NCBI RefSeq assembly: GCF_000009605.1 | Contig: NC_002528.1 | Span: 30,001 to 62,000 of the forward strand | Length of the DNA stretch: 32,000 nt | Reading direction: 5' to 3' | Source of the DNA: Buchnera aphidicola str. APS (Acyrthosiphon pisum) | GTDB taxonomy: Bacteria > Pseudomonadota > Gammaproteobacteria > Enterobacterales > Enterobacteriaceae | Shown: positions 21,056-30,940 of the stretch, piece after piece | Layout: each line of letters opens with the position of its first letter | How positions within the stretch are numbered: position 1 is the stretch's first letter | The notes under the pieces: model-generated | What the model was told of the DNA's origin: nothing | What the model saw: the letters and a program-made list of their open reading frames with translations, nothing else | Databases searched by the model: none | Program-made: the position numbers and the translations under genes

Positions 21056-22201
21056 TTAATAACAAAATTTATTTATTAATTTAGTAATAATGTTTTTTGT
21101 GGGTTGAATAAAATAATGTTCTAAATATTCATCTGGCTGATGTGCTTGTTCAATAGAACCTGGTCCTAATATTAAAGTAGGTGCAATTCTTTGAAGAAAA
21201 GGTGCTTCTGTACAGTAATTTACTGCTGCACTATTGAGTTGACATAATTTTTCGACTATTTTAATAGTTCCGCTATTATGCGGACATTCATAAGCAGGAA
21301 CAGAAGAAAAAAGTTTTTTAATAAAGATACGATGAGACCATTTTTTCATGATTGTTTCTAATTTTTCTTTAATTACAATTTCAATTTGTGTTAAAGTGAG
21401 TCCAGGTATGGGTCTTATTTCAAAATTTAATATACATAAAGGACAAATTCGATTAATTGCACTACCTCCGTGTATAGAAGATAAATTCATGGTTGGATAT
21501 GGAATAGAAAAGTTTGGATGCTGGTATTCTTCTTTAAAATACTTTTTCAAAATCAATAAAGAACGAATAACATCATGCATAATTTCAATACTATTCACAC
21601 CATGATCAGGATTACTAGAGTGTCCCGTATCTCCAATGACTTTAATTGAATAAGACATGTGACCTTTATGTGCATTGATTAGCTTTAAAGATGTTGGTTC
21701 TCCAATTATTATGCAATCTGGTTTAATAATAGTCGATTGTATAAAATTTCTAGCTCCAGACATATCTGTTTCTTCGTTAGCAGTAGCAAGAATATAAATT
21801 GGTTTATTTATTTTTTTTATATTTATAGAAGATATTACTTCTAATATAAGAGCAAAAAACCCTTTCATATCTACGGCTCCTAATCCATAAAATTTATTGT
21901 TAGTTTCAGTTAATTTGAAAGGATCTTTTGTCCATTTTTTTTCATCAAAATCTACCGTATCTGAATGTCCAGACAATAAAAGACCGCCATTTCCTGAACC
22001 AACACAAGCTAACATGTTATACTTATCAGTATGTGGAATTTGATAATTTTTTACTGAAAAATTTAAATCAGAAAAGTAGTTAGACAGTAGATCAATGAAA
22101 TTTTTATTACTTTGATCAAGTAGTTTGTTATTACTGCTAATTGTAGGAATTTGAATTAGTGACTTATAAACTTCAATAAAAGAAGGTATTTTTCTTATCA
22201 T
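21056..22201 (-). CDS. argE: Acetylornithine deacetylase
   Basis: 381 aa M20-family ORF with LLSGHSDTVDFDEKKWTKDPF, FYGLGAVDMKGFFAL, ATANEETDMSGA, IGEPTSLK. Divergent from argC as in E. coli argE/argCBH. Confidence 0.97.
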   Translation of the reverse strand: MIRKIPSFIEVYKSLIQIPTISSNNKLLDQSNKNFIDLLSNYFSDLNFSVKNYQIPHTDKYNMLACVGSGNGGLLLSGHSDTVDFDEKKWTKDPFKLTETNNKFYGLGAVDMKGFFALILEVISSINIKKINKPIYILATANEETDMSGARNFIQSTIIKPDCIIIGEPTSLKLINAHKGHMSYSIKVIGDTGHSSNPDHGVNSIEIMHDVIRSLLILKKYFKEEYQHPNFSIPYPTMNLSSIHGGSAINRICPLCILNFEIRPIPGLTLTQIEIVIKEKLETIMKKWSHRIFIKKLFSSVPAYECPHNSGTIKIVEKLCQLNSAAVNYCTEAPFLQRIAPTLILGPGSIEQAHQPDEYLEHYFIQPTKNIITKLINKFCY

Positions 22202-22244
22202 ACTAGAATTTTAAAAATTTATATTATTATTGTAATGTAAAATA

Positions 22245-22270
22245 TTTTATTCATAAATAGATAATTGATC
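22245..22270. promoter_or_regulatory. argE/argC divergent control region: ARG-box-like string plus candidate argE promoter
   Basis: Complement reads TTGATC-(17 nt AATTATCTATTTATGAA)-TAAAAT, a plausible promoter toward argE. The embedded TATTTATGAATAAAA (22259-22245) resembles an ArgR operator half-site region. Confidence 0.45.
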
Positions 22271-22361
22271 AATATTTTAATAATATAAAATATATTTTTT
22301 ATAAAATTTAATACATTATTTTATCTATAAAAGAGTAATTTTTTTAAGGTTTATTAATTTT

Positions 22362-23366
22362 ATGTTAAATGTAGTAATTGTTGGTGCTAGTGGATATGCT
22401 GGCGCAGAATTGGTTAACTATATGCACCGTCATAGGTTTGCTAATATAAAAAAAATATTTGTATCAAAAAATAGTTTAAATATAGATAAATTGTTTTCGG
22501 ATGTTCATCAACAATTTAAAAATATTGTGGATCTCAGATTTGATACAATACGTAATTGTACTTTAATTAAAAAAAATATTGATGCTGTTTTTTTAGCTAC
22601 AGATCATCGTGTTAGTCATTCTCTTGTTCCTTTTTTTTTATCGTCTAATTGTATTGTTTTTGATTTGTCTGCTTCTTACAGAATGAACAATAAAAAAGTG
22701 TATTTGGATTATTATGGCTTTGTTCATGAATATGAAGAACTTTTAAAAAATTCAGTTTATGGATTAGCAGAATGGGAACAAGAAAAAATTAAAAAAGCAA
22801 ATCTGATTGCATTACCTGGGTGTTATGCAACTTGCATTCAATTAGCGCTCAAACCTCTTATAAAAGAAAATGTTCTTTGCGATAAAAATATACCAATTAT
22901 TAACGCTATTAGTGGTGTTAGTGGTGCCGGTAGAAAAGCTTCTTTAAATAATAGTTTTTGCGAAGTAAGTTTACAACCATATAATATTTTCACTCATCGT
23001 CATACGCCTGAAATTATAGAAAAATTAGGTGTTCCAGTAATTTTTATCCCACATTTAGGCCCTTTTTCTCGAGGTATAATTGCAACTATTACATGCAAAT
23101 TAAAACCTAATGTTAAATCAATTGATATACACAATATTTTCAATAAATTCTATAAAAATAAACCGTTAATTCGTATATATAAAAAATATTTACCTAGTAT
23201 TAAATCAGTTGAAAAACAACCATTTTGTGATATTGGATTTGTAATTAAGGACGACTATATAGTAATTGTGGCAGCAGAAGATAATTTGTTAAAGGGTGCT
23301 GCTGCTCAAGCAGTACAATGTTTTAATGTTCGTTTTGGTTTTTCTGAAACGGAATCAATTATTTAA
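22362..23366 (+). CDS. argC: N-acetyl-gamma-glutamyl-phosphate reductase
   Basis: 334 aa ORF with [66 protein letters not shown]. Confidence 0.98.
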
Positions 23367-23380
23367 TTAATAATCAGGCG

Positions 23381-24160
23381 TTGATAATGAATCCTTTAGT
23401 TATTAAATTAGGCGGAGTACTTTTAGAAAGTGACGATGCTATGAAGCGTTTATTTGAAGCTTTAGTTGATTATCAGAAATTTTATAAGCGTCATGTGTCA
23501 GTGATTCATGGGGGAGGTCGTTTAATTGACAATTTAATGAATAAACTGTCTTTACCAGTTAAAAAGAAAAATGGCTTACGTATTACTCCGTCTGAACATA
23601 TCAATATTATTACAGGAGCTTTAGCTGGAACTGCTAACAAAACTTTACTTGCGTGGGCATTAAAATATAATATTAATGCTATTGGATTATGTTTAGCAGA
23701 TGGAGGAAGTGTTGATGTAGAAAGATTAGATGAAAATTTAGGTCATGTAGGTAAAGCGATACCGGGATCACCATTATTTTTAAAAAAACTCTTTAAAGAA
23801 GGTACTATTCCAATTATTAGTTCTATAGGAATTACTAAAGATGGTTTATTAATGAATGTAAATGCTGATTTAGCAGCAACAGCTTTAGCAACCACTTTAC
23901 AAGCTAATTTAATTTTATTATCTGATATAAGTTCGATATTAGACGGCAAGGGACAAAGAATCACAGAAATTGATAGCATTCAAGCTGAAAAATTGATTAT
24001 GCAAGGAATTATTACTAATGGTATGATTGTTAAAGTACGTGCTGCTTTAGAAGCTGCTCGAGTTTTACGTCGTCCTGTAGATATAGCAAGTTGGCAAAAT
24101 ACAGAAAAATTAAAATTATTATTTAATGGTGTGAATATTGGCACTCGAGTTTATGTATGA
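23381..24160 (+). CDS. argB: Acetylglutamate kinase
   Basis: 259 aa ORF with [52 protein letters not shown]. Confidence 0.97.
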
Positions 24161-24189
24161 TATTACTATAAATATAGTAGGTTTAAAAA

Positions 24190-25401
24190 ATGATAAGAAA
24201 AAAAAATAATAAAGTTGTTTTAGCTTATTCTGGCGGTTTAGATACTTCTGCAATTATTCCATGGCTTAAAGAAAATTATAATTTTGAAGTTGTTGCTTTT
24301 GTAGCAGACATAGGACAATCAAAAAAAGATTTAAATGGAATTGAAAAAAAATCTTTAGAATCTGGCGCATCTAGTTGTCATGTTTTTGATTTAAAAGAAG
24401 AATTTATAGAAAATTATGTCTATCCTGTACTAAAAACTGGAGCTTTATATGAAGGCAGTTATTTGTTAGGAACAGCAATGGCCAGACCTATTATTGCAAA
24501 GAAACAAGTAGAACTCGCATTGAATATTGGAGCAAATTCACTATGTCATGGTGCTACTGGGAAAGGAAATGACCAAGTACGTTTTGAAATGGCTTATGCC
24601 GCTTTAGCTCCGAATTTAAATGTAATTGCACCGTGGCGGGAATGGAATCTTAATTCACGAGAATCATTATTAAAATATTTAGATAAAAAAAACATCTCTA
24701 CAACAGCAACATTAGAAAAAATATATAGTAAAGATGAAAATTCCTGGCATATTTCAACTGAAGGAGGTTTGCTAGAAAATCCTTGGAATCAATCTAATGA
24801 AGATTGTTGGAGCTGGACGGTTAATCCTGAGGATGCTCCAGAAAAACCGGAATATGTTTCATTGCAATTAAAAGAAGGCTGCGTAGTATCCGTTAACAAT
24901 CAAAAATTAAATCCGTTAAAATGTGTAGAAGAATTAAATAGTTTAGGTGCTAAACATGGAATTGGTAGAATTGATATTATTGAAAATAGATTAATTGGAA
25001 TGAAATCTAGGGGATGTTATGAAACACCTGGAGGTACTATTATTATGACAGCTATAAAAGCCATCGAACAGTTAGTTTTAGATCGTGAAAGTTTTCGATG
25101 GAGGGAAAAAATAGGTTTAGAAATGTCATCTATTGTTTATGACGGACGTTGGTTTTCTCCAATACGTAAATCTTTACAAGCCGCTGCTGATTCATTGTCT
25201 TTGGAAATAACTGGAGAAGTAATATTAAAATTATATAAAGGCTCTGTCACAGCTGTTCAGAAAAAATCTCCTAATTCCTTATATTCTGAAGAATATGCCA
25301 CTTTTGGTGAGGATAAAGTGTATAAGCAATCTGATGCAGATGGTTTTATTCGTCTTTTTTCTCTTTCTTCAAAGATACGAGCACAAAATATGTTGAAGTA
25401 G
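24190..25401 (+). CDS. argG: Argininosuccinate synthase
   Basis: 403 aa ORF with [45 protein letters not shown]. Confidence 0.98.
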   Translation: MIRKKNNKVVLAYSGGLDTSAIIPWLKENYNFEVVAFVADIGQSKKDLNGIEKKSLESGASSCHVFDLKEEFIENYVYPVLKTGALYEGSYLLGTAMARPIIAKKQVELALNIGANSLCHGATGKGNDQVRFEMAYAALAPNLNVIAPWREWNLNSRESLLKYLDKKNISTTATLEKIYSKDENSWHISTEGGLLENPWNQSNEDCWSWTVNPEDAPEKPEYVSLQLKEGCVVSVNNQKLNPLKCVEELNSLGAKHGIGRIDIIENRLIGMKSRGCYETPGGTIIMTAIKAIEQLVLDRESFRWREKIGLEMSSIVYDGRWFSPIRKSLQAAADSLSLEITGEVILKLYKGSVTAVQKKSPNSLYSEEYATFGEDKVYKQSDADGFIRLFSLSSKIRAQNMLK

Positions 25402-25472
25402 TTTTAAAAAAGTCACAAATATATTTACAGAATTTTACATTTAATTTTTTCAGTTTTTTATAGAGATAATAT

Positions 25473-26852
25473 ATGGGACTTTGGGGTGGACGATTCATTA
25501 ATGAATCTAATAAATTATTTAAAGAATTTAATAGATCTTTATCTTTTGATTATATTTTAGCAGAAGAAGATGTAATTTCTTCAGTTGCTTGGTCTAAAAT
25601 TTTAATGAAAAGCAAGATTATTACTGAAAAAGAACAGATTACAATAGAGTCTGCACTTTTTGAACTACTTAAAGAAATTAAAGAGAATAATCAAAAAATC
25701 CTTAAAAGCAAGTGCGAAGATATTCATAGCTGGATAGAAGAAAAGCTTATTCAAAAAATTGGTATATTAGGTAAAAAATTACATACTGGTCGGAGTAGAA
25801 ATGATCAAATTACTACTGATTTAAAATTATGGTGTAGAAAGAAAATTCATCTTTTATTAGAAAATATTATTGAACTGCAAAAAACATTTATTTTAAGTGC
25901 TGAGTCTAATCATAATATCATCATGCCAGGATATACTCATCTACAACGAGCTCAACCGATTACTTTTTCCTATTGGTGTTTAGCTTATGTTGAAATGTTC
26001 AGACGAGATTTCAGTCGTTTAAAAGACGTCCTGAAACGATTAAACGTTAGTCCTCTAGGTTCTGCTGCTCTTTCTGGAACCGCATGGAAAATCAATCGTG
26101 AAGAATTAGCTTTATCTATGGGATTTGACTCTGCAACTAACAATGCGCTTGATACTGTTTCTGATCGAGATTATGTCGTTGAATTATTGTCCTCTGCATC
26201 AATTAGTATGATGCATCTATCACGTTTTTCTGAAGATATAATTTTTTTTAATTCTGGTGAAGCTGATTTTATTGAATTATCTGATACAATTACATCGGGT
26301 TCATCATTAATGCCTCAGAAAAAAAATCCAGATGCACTAGAACTTATTCGAGCCAAATGTGGTCGTGTTCATGGTTCATTGATTTCTATTTTAGTTATAT
26401 TAAAATCCCTTCCTTTATCTTATAATAAAGATATGCAAGAAGATAAAGAAGGTTTATTTGATTCAATAAAAACATGGAATGATTGTTTATGTATGGCTAT
26501 TTTAGTATTGAAGAACATGCAAATAAAAAATGAATCATGTCGTAAAGCTGCAGAAGAAGGATATTCTAATGCAACAGAAATCGCGGATTATTTGGTAAAA
26601 AAAGGAATTGCTTTTCGTGAAGCACATAATATATCGGGTCAATTAGTTCTTAGAGCTATTAGCGAGAAAAAATCTTTAAACGAACTGAAACTATCTGTTT
26701 TTCAAATGTATAGTAATCTCATAAAAAATGATATATATAAAAATATTACTTTAGAATCCTGTCTTGAAAAAAGAATGTCTAAAGGTGGTGTTGCACCATC
26801 TCAAGTATATGAAGAAATTATAAAAGCAAAAAAAAGATTGAATATTTTTTAA
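25473..26852 (+). CDS. argH: Argininosuccinate lyase
   Basis: 459 aa ORF with [33 protein letters not shown], and the signature [18 protein letters not shown]. Confidence 0.98.
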
Positions 26853-26862
26853 AGTAGGATAC

Positions 26863-26906
26863 TTGTTAACTAGCATTTAAAAATTATTTAAATGCTGAGT
26901 TAATAA
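26863..26906 (+). other. Strong intercistronic hairpin between argH and yibN
   Basis: TTGTTAACTAGCATTTAAA (26863-26881) pairs with TTTAAATGCT-(G bulge)-AGTTAATAA (26887-26906). 19 pairs including one G-T, 5-nt loop AATTA, starting 11 nt past the argH stop. Confidence 0.65.
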
Positions 26907-26933
26907 CCTTATCAAGTATAGGAGAGTGGATAT

Positions 26934-27368
26934 ATGCAGGATGTAATATTTTTCTTGAGTAAACACATTTTACTAATTAGTATATGGATTTTTTGTTTTA
27001 TTGCAGCCGTTTTTTTTATAACTAGAACTCTTTTGTCGAAATCTAAAATGATTAATAATTTTCAAGCAATTAAATTAATTAATCAAGATAAAGCTATTGT
27101 TGTTGATACTCGTTCTTTAGAATCATTCAAAGAGGGTCATATTCTTAATTCTATTAATGTTCCGTTAAAAAATATTTTTTTAGGAAAAATTAAAGAGATA
27201 GAAATATATAAAATGTTTCCTATTATTCTTGTATTAAGTGACACATATAAAGTTAATGCATGTATTAAAAAGTTTTTTGAATATGGATTTAATCGTGTTT
27301 ATATTTTAAAAAATGGTCTATATTATTGGAAGACAGACAATCTTCCACTTATTGTTAACGATAAATGA
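26934..27368 (+). CDS. yibN: Rhodanese-like membrane-anchored protein YibN
   Basis: 144 aa ORF with one N-terminal TM segment and a rhodanese-like fold (AIVVDTRSLESFKEGHILNSINVPL). Placed before secB as in E. coli, with grxC absent. Confidence 0.88.
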   Translation: MQDVIFFLSKHILLISIWIFCFIAAVFFITRTLLSKSKMINNFQAIKLINQDKAIVVDTRSLESFKEGHILNSINVPLKNIFLGKIKEIEIYKMFPIILVLSDTYKVNACIKKFFEYGFNRVYILKNGLYYWKTDNLPLIVNDK

Positions 27369-27474
27369 TTTTAAAAAGTATAAAATGATCTTTTTATTAA
27401 AATATCTTCTTTATAAATTAATTTTATAAACAATATCAACTTATATCTTTTTATTATTTTTTTTTGGATCCGTT

Positions 27475-27903
27475 ATGTTAGAAGAAAAAAAAAAACAAGA
27501 ATCTTTTGAAATCCAACGTATTTATATAAAAGATGTTTCCTTTGAAGCTCCGAATACACCAAATATTTTTCATGTTAATTGGATTCCTACCATTAAATTA
27601 AATTTAAATACTACTACTAAAAAAATAAAAGAAAATATTTTTGAAGTTGTTTTAATGGTTAAAGTAACAGTTAAAATTAAAGAAGACTTAGTTTTTTTAT
27701 GTGATATAGATCAAGCTGGTATTTTTTTTATTGCAAACATTAATGAGAAAAGATTAAAACATTGTTTATATTCTTACTGTCCAAATATTCTATTTCCCTA
27801 TGCGCGTACATGTATATCTAATCTAGTATCTTGTGGCAGTTTTCCACAGATGAATCTCGCTCCTATTAATTTTGATGCTCTCTATCATGATCATATTAAA
27901 TAA
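27475..27903 (+). CDS. secB: Protein-export chaperone SecB
   Basis: 142 aa ORF with FEIQRIYIKDVSFEAPNTPNIF and LFPYARTCISNLVSCGSFPQMNLAPINFDALY. Confidence 0.97.
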   Translation: MLEEKKKQESFEIQRIYIKDVSFEAPNTPNIFHVNWIPTIKLNLNTTTKKIKENIFEVVLMVKVTVKIKEDLVFLCDIDQAGIFFIANINEKRLKHCLYSYCPNILFPYARTCISNLVSCGSFPQMNLAPINFDALYHDHIK

Positions 27904-28004
27904 AAAAAATATAAAAATATAAATTACGAATATACTCATTTTTATAAGATAATAATATAATTTTTTAGTATAAAAATACTATAAATATTTTGTAGGAGAA
28001 AATT

Positions 28005-28829
28005 ATGTGTATTTTGAAAATATCAAGAATATGGAATAAAATACTCTACGATGTTTCTTTTTTATTAAAAAAAGAACCAATTTTATCAGATTTTTACCAA
28101 AGTAGTATTTTACAACACCAAAGTTTTACAAGTTCTTTAAGTTATATATTATCAAATAAATTATCTACATCTATGATTTCTGAAAAGAAAATACAAGGTA
28201 TATTTGATGATGTATATCTGAATGATCGTTCTATTTTAAATTTTATAGTGCAAGATATTAAGGCTGTACTAAAACGAGATCCAGCAGTAAATGATTATTT
28301 AACACCTTTACTTTATTTAAAAGGTTTCCATGCACTAGAAGCTTATAGAATAAGTCATTATCTCTGGAATACAGGGAAAAAATCATTATCTCTGTATCTG
28401 CAAAGTAGAATCTCTTCTGAATTTTCTGTAGATATTCATCCAGCAGCGTTTATTGGATCTGGTGTAATGCTTGATCATGCAACTGGCATTGTAATCGGAG
28501 AAGGTGTGACTATAGAAAATGATGTATCAATTCTTCATTCGGTTACTTTAGGAGGAACTGGTAAAAACTTTAGCCAAAATAGACATCCTACTATTAGAAA
28601 AGGCGTTGTTATAGGGGCGGGTGCCAAAATTTTAGGAAATATTGAAGTAGGTTCAGGCGCGAAAATAGGTGCGGGATCAATAGTTTTAAAAAATGTTCCT
28701 TCAGATGTAACAGTTGTAGGAGTACCAGCGAAAATTGTTAGTCAAGTATCTAGTAAAAAGTATTATTCTCAGAAGAAAAAAAATAGTTTAAAATATATAA
28801 ATATATTTCAACACGGAGATGGTATTTAA
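28005..28829 (+). CDS. cysE: Serine O-acetyltransferase
   Basis: 274 aa ORF with DPAVNDYLTPLLYLKGFHALEAYRISHYLW, left-handed beta-helix hexapeptides, and DIHPAAFIGSGVMLDHATGIVIGEG. Confidence 0.97.
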   Translation: MCILKISRIWNKILYDVSFLLKKEPILSDFYQSSILQHQSFTSSLSYILSNKLSTSMISEKKIQGIFDDVYLNDRSILNFIVQDIKAVLKRDPAVNDYLTPLLYLKGFHALEAYRISHYLWNTGKKSLSLYLQSRISSEFSVDIHPAAFIGSGVMLDHATGIVIGEGVTIENDVSILHSVTLGGTGKNFSQNRHPTIRKGVVIGAGAKILGNIEVGSGAKIGAGSIVLKNVPSDVTVVGVPAKIVSQVSSKKYYSQKKKNSLKYINIFQHGDGI

Positions 28830-28837
28830 TTTATTTC

Positions 28838-28919
28838 TTATATAAAATAAAAACTTCTGTTTTGTTCGAAAAAAATATAGTGGTTAGACTAATACCAGTA
28901 CAGAAGCTTTATTTTATAT
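28838..28919. repeat. Inverted repeat between convergent cysE and rpoD
   Basis: ATATAAAATAAAAACTTCTGT (28838-28858) is near-complementary to ACAGAAGCTTTATTTTATAT (28900-28919). 19 pairs with one A-C mismatch and one bulge, enclosing about 41 nt. Confidence 0.5.
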
Positions 28920-28934
28920 TTAATTCTTCTATTT

Positions 28935-30773
28935 TTAATCGTCTAAAAAACTGCGCAAAACTTCTGATCTGCTGGGATGACGTAGTTTTCTAAGTGCTTT
29001 TGCTTCTATTTGACGAATTCTCTCTCGAGTAACATCAAATTGTTTTCCAACTTCTTCTAAAGTGTGATCAGTATTCATATCTATTCCAAAGCGCATACGG
29101 AGTACTTTTGCTTCACGAGCTGTTAAACCTGATAGAACATCATGTGTTGCAGAACGTAAACTTTCAGAGGTAGCAGAGTCTAATGGTAATTCCAAAGTAG
29201 TATCTTCAATAAAATCACCTAAATGTGAATCATCATCATCTCCAATAGGTGTTTCCATTGAGATCGGTTCTTTGGCTATTTTCAATACTTTTCTAATTTT
29301 ATCTTCAGGAATAAGCATTTTTTCAGAAAGTTCTTCTGGAGTCGGTTCTCGACCTATTTCTTGTAACATTTGTCTAGAAATACGATTGAGTTTATTAATA
29401 GTTTCAATCATATGTACTGGAATACGAATTGTACGAGCTTGATCAGCAATAGATCGAGTAATAGCTTGTCGAATCCACCAAGTAGCATAAGTTGAAAACT
29501 TATAACCACGACGGTATTCAAATTTATCTACAGCTTTCATTAAACCAATATTTCCTTCTTGAATTAAGTCTAAAAACTGTAGTCCTCTATTCGTATATTT
29601 TTTTGCGATAGAAATAACTAATCGTAAATTAGCTTCGACCATTTCTTTTTTCGCTCGTCTAGCTTTTGCTTCTCCAATAGACATTCTTTTATTAATATCT
29701 TTTACTTGTTCAATTGTTAAGCCAGTTTCTTCTTCTATTTTAATTAATTTTTTCACACTAATAAACACATCTTCTTTAACTTTTTTTAAGTTTTCAGACC
29801 ATGGTTGATTTGTATTTTGTTCTCTTATAAACCAAAGATAGTTAATTTTTTTTATTGGAAAAATTTTAATAAAATTTTTTTTTGGCATTTTACATATTTC
29901 AACACATAATTTTATAATAATTCTTTCTTGTTTTCGTACTCTTTCCATCATATGTCTCATATTATTAACTAAATGATCAAATTGTTTTGGAACTAGTCGA
30001 AATTGTTTAAAAACTTCTGAAAGATTGTAAATTTCTAATAATGAATCTTTATGTGTTCGATTTTTATTTTTAATTGTATTATTTGTATTATTATATTGTA
30101 TACGTAATTCAGAAAATTTTTCATTAGCTAATTCTGGATCAATACTATGATCATCTTCATGATCTTCTTGATTGTTTTCTTCGTCTTCTTCATTATTTTG
30201 TTGTTCATCAAGAAGTTCAGAACCTATATGAATAGCTGTAGGGGGGAAAATTTCTTCTGCATTGGGATCTACAAAACCTGTTATTATATCTGATAATCGT
30301 ATTTGTCCAGTTTTAACACGATCATATTGTTCAAGAAGATATGTAATGGCTTCTGGATACTCTGATACTGAGCATTGAACCTGATTAATGCCTTCTTCAA
30401 TACGTTTAGCAATATCAATTTCTCCTTCTCGTGTGAGTAATTCAACAGTACCCATTTCTCTCATATACATGCGTACAGGATCAGTAGTTCGTCCTAATTC
30501 AGATTCTACACTAGATAGTACCTGAGTTGCTGCTTCAACTGCATCTTCATCTGTATCTGTATTGATTTCATTTAATATTAGATCGTCAGCATCAGGTGCT
30601 TCTTCAACTACTGGAATGCCCATGTCATTAATCATCTGAATAATATCATCGATTTGTTCAGAATCAATAATGTCTTCTGGTAGATGATCATTCACTTCAG
30701 AATAGGTTAAATACCCTTGCTCCTTACCATGTGTGACAAGTAGCTTAAGTTGCGACTGTGGGTTTTGATCCAT
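28935..30773 (-). CDS. rpoD: RNA polymerase sigma factor RpoD (sigma-70)
   Basis: 612 aa ORF with region 2 ([68 protein letters not shown]) and region 4 ([42 protein letters not shown]). Confidence 0.99.
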   Translation of the reverse strand: MDQNPQSQLKLLVTHGKEQGYLTYSEVNDHLPEDIIDSEQIDDIIQMINDMGIPVVEEAPDADDLILNEINTDTDEDAVEAATQVLSSVESELGRTTDPVRMYMREMGTVELLTREGEIDIAKRIEEGINQVQCSVSEYPEAITYLLEQYDRVKTGQIRLSDIITGFVDPNAEEIFPPTAIHIGSELLDEQQNNEEDEENNQEDHEDDHSIDPELANEKFSELRIQYNNTNNTIKNKNRTHKDSLLEIYNLSEVFKQFRLVPKQFDHLVNNMRHMMERVRKQERIIIKLCVEICKMPKKNFIKIFPIKKINYLWFIREQNTNQPWSENLKKVKEDVFISVKKLIKIEEETGLTIEQVKDINKRMSIGEAKARRAKKEMVEANLRLVISIAKKYTNRGLQFLDLIQEGNIGLMKAVDKFEYRRGYKFSTYATWWIRQAITRSIADQARTIRIPVHMIETINKLNRISRQMLQEIGREPTPEELSEKMLIPEDKIRKVLKIAKEPISMETPIGDDDDSHLGDFIEDTTLELPLDSATSESLRSATHDVLSGLTAREAKVLRMRFGIDMNTDHTLEEVGKQFDVTRERIRQIEAKALRKLRHPSRSEVLRSFLDD

Positions 30774-30940
30774 AATGTGGTATCCGGAATTCTATTAATT
30801 GAATGAATATTAATTGACTTTTTTGTCAATGATGAATAATAATAAAATTATTTTTAATATTTAAATAAATTAAAGAGTTTTTTAATTCATTAAACTTTTA
30901 GTATATTTAATTTTTATTATATTTTTTAATAAGTATAATT

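Noticed and set aside
21348-23979. ORFs 21348-21605 (opposite argE) and 23743-23979 (opposite argB)
   Set aside because: Antisense shadows of argE and argB.
27966-27981. TAGTAT-AAAA-ATACTA hairpin between secB and cysE
   Set aside because: Only 6 bp of AT-rich pairing, not distinguishable from background.
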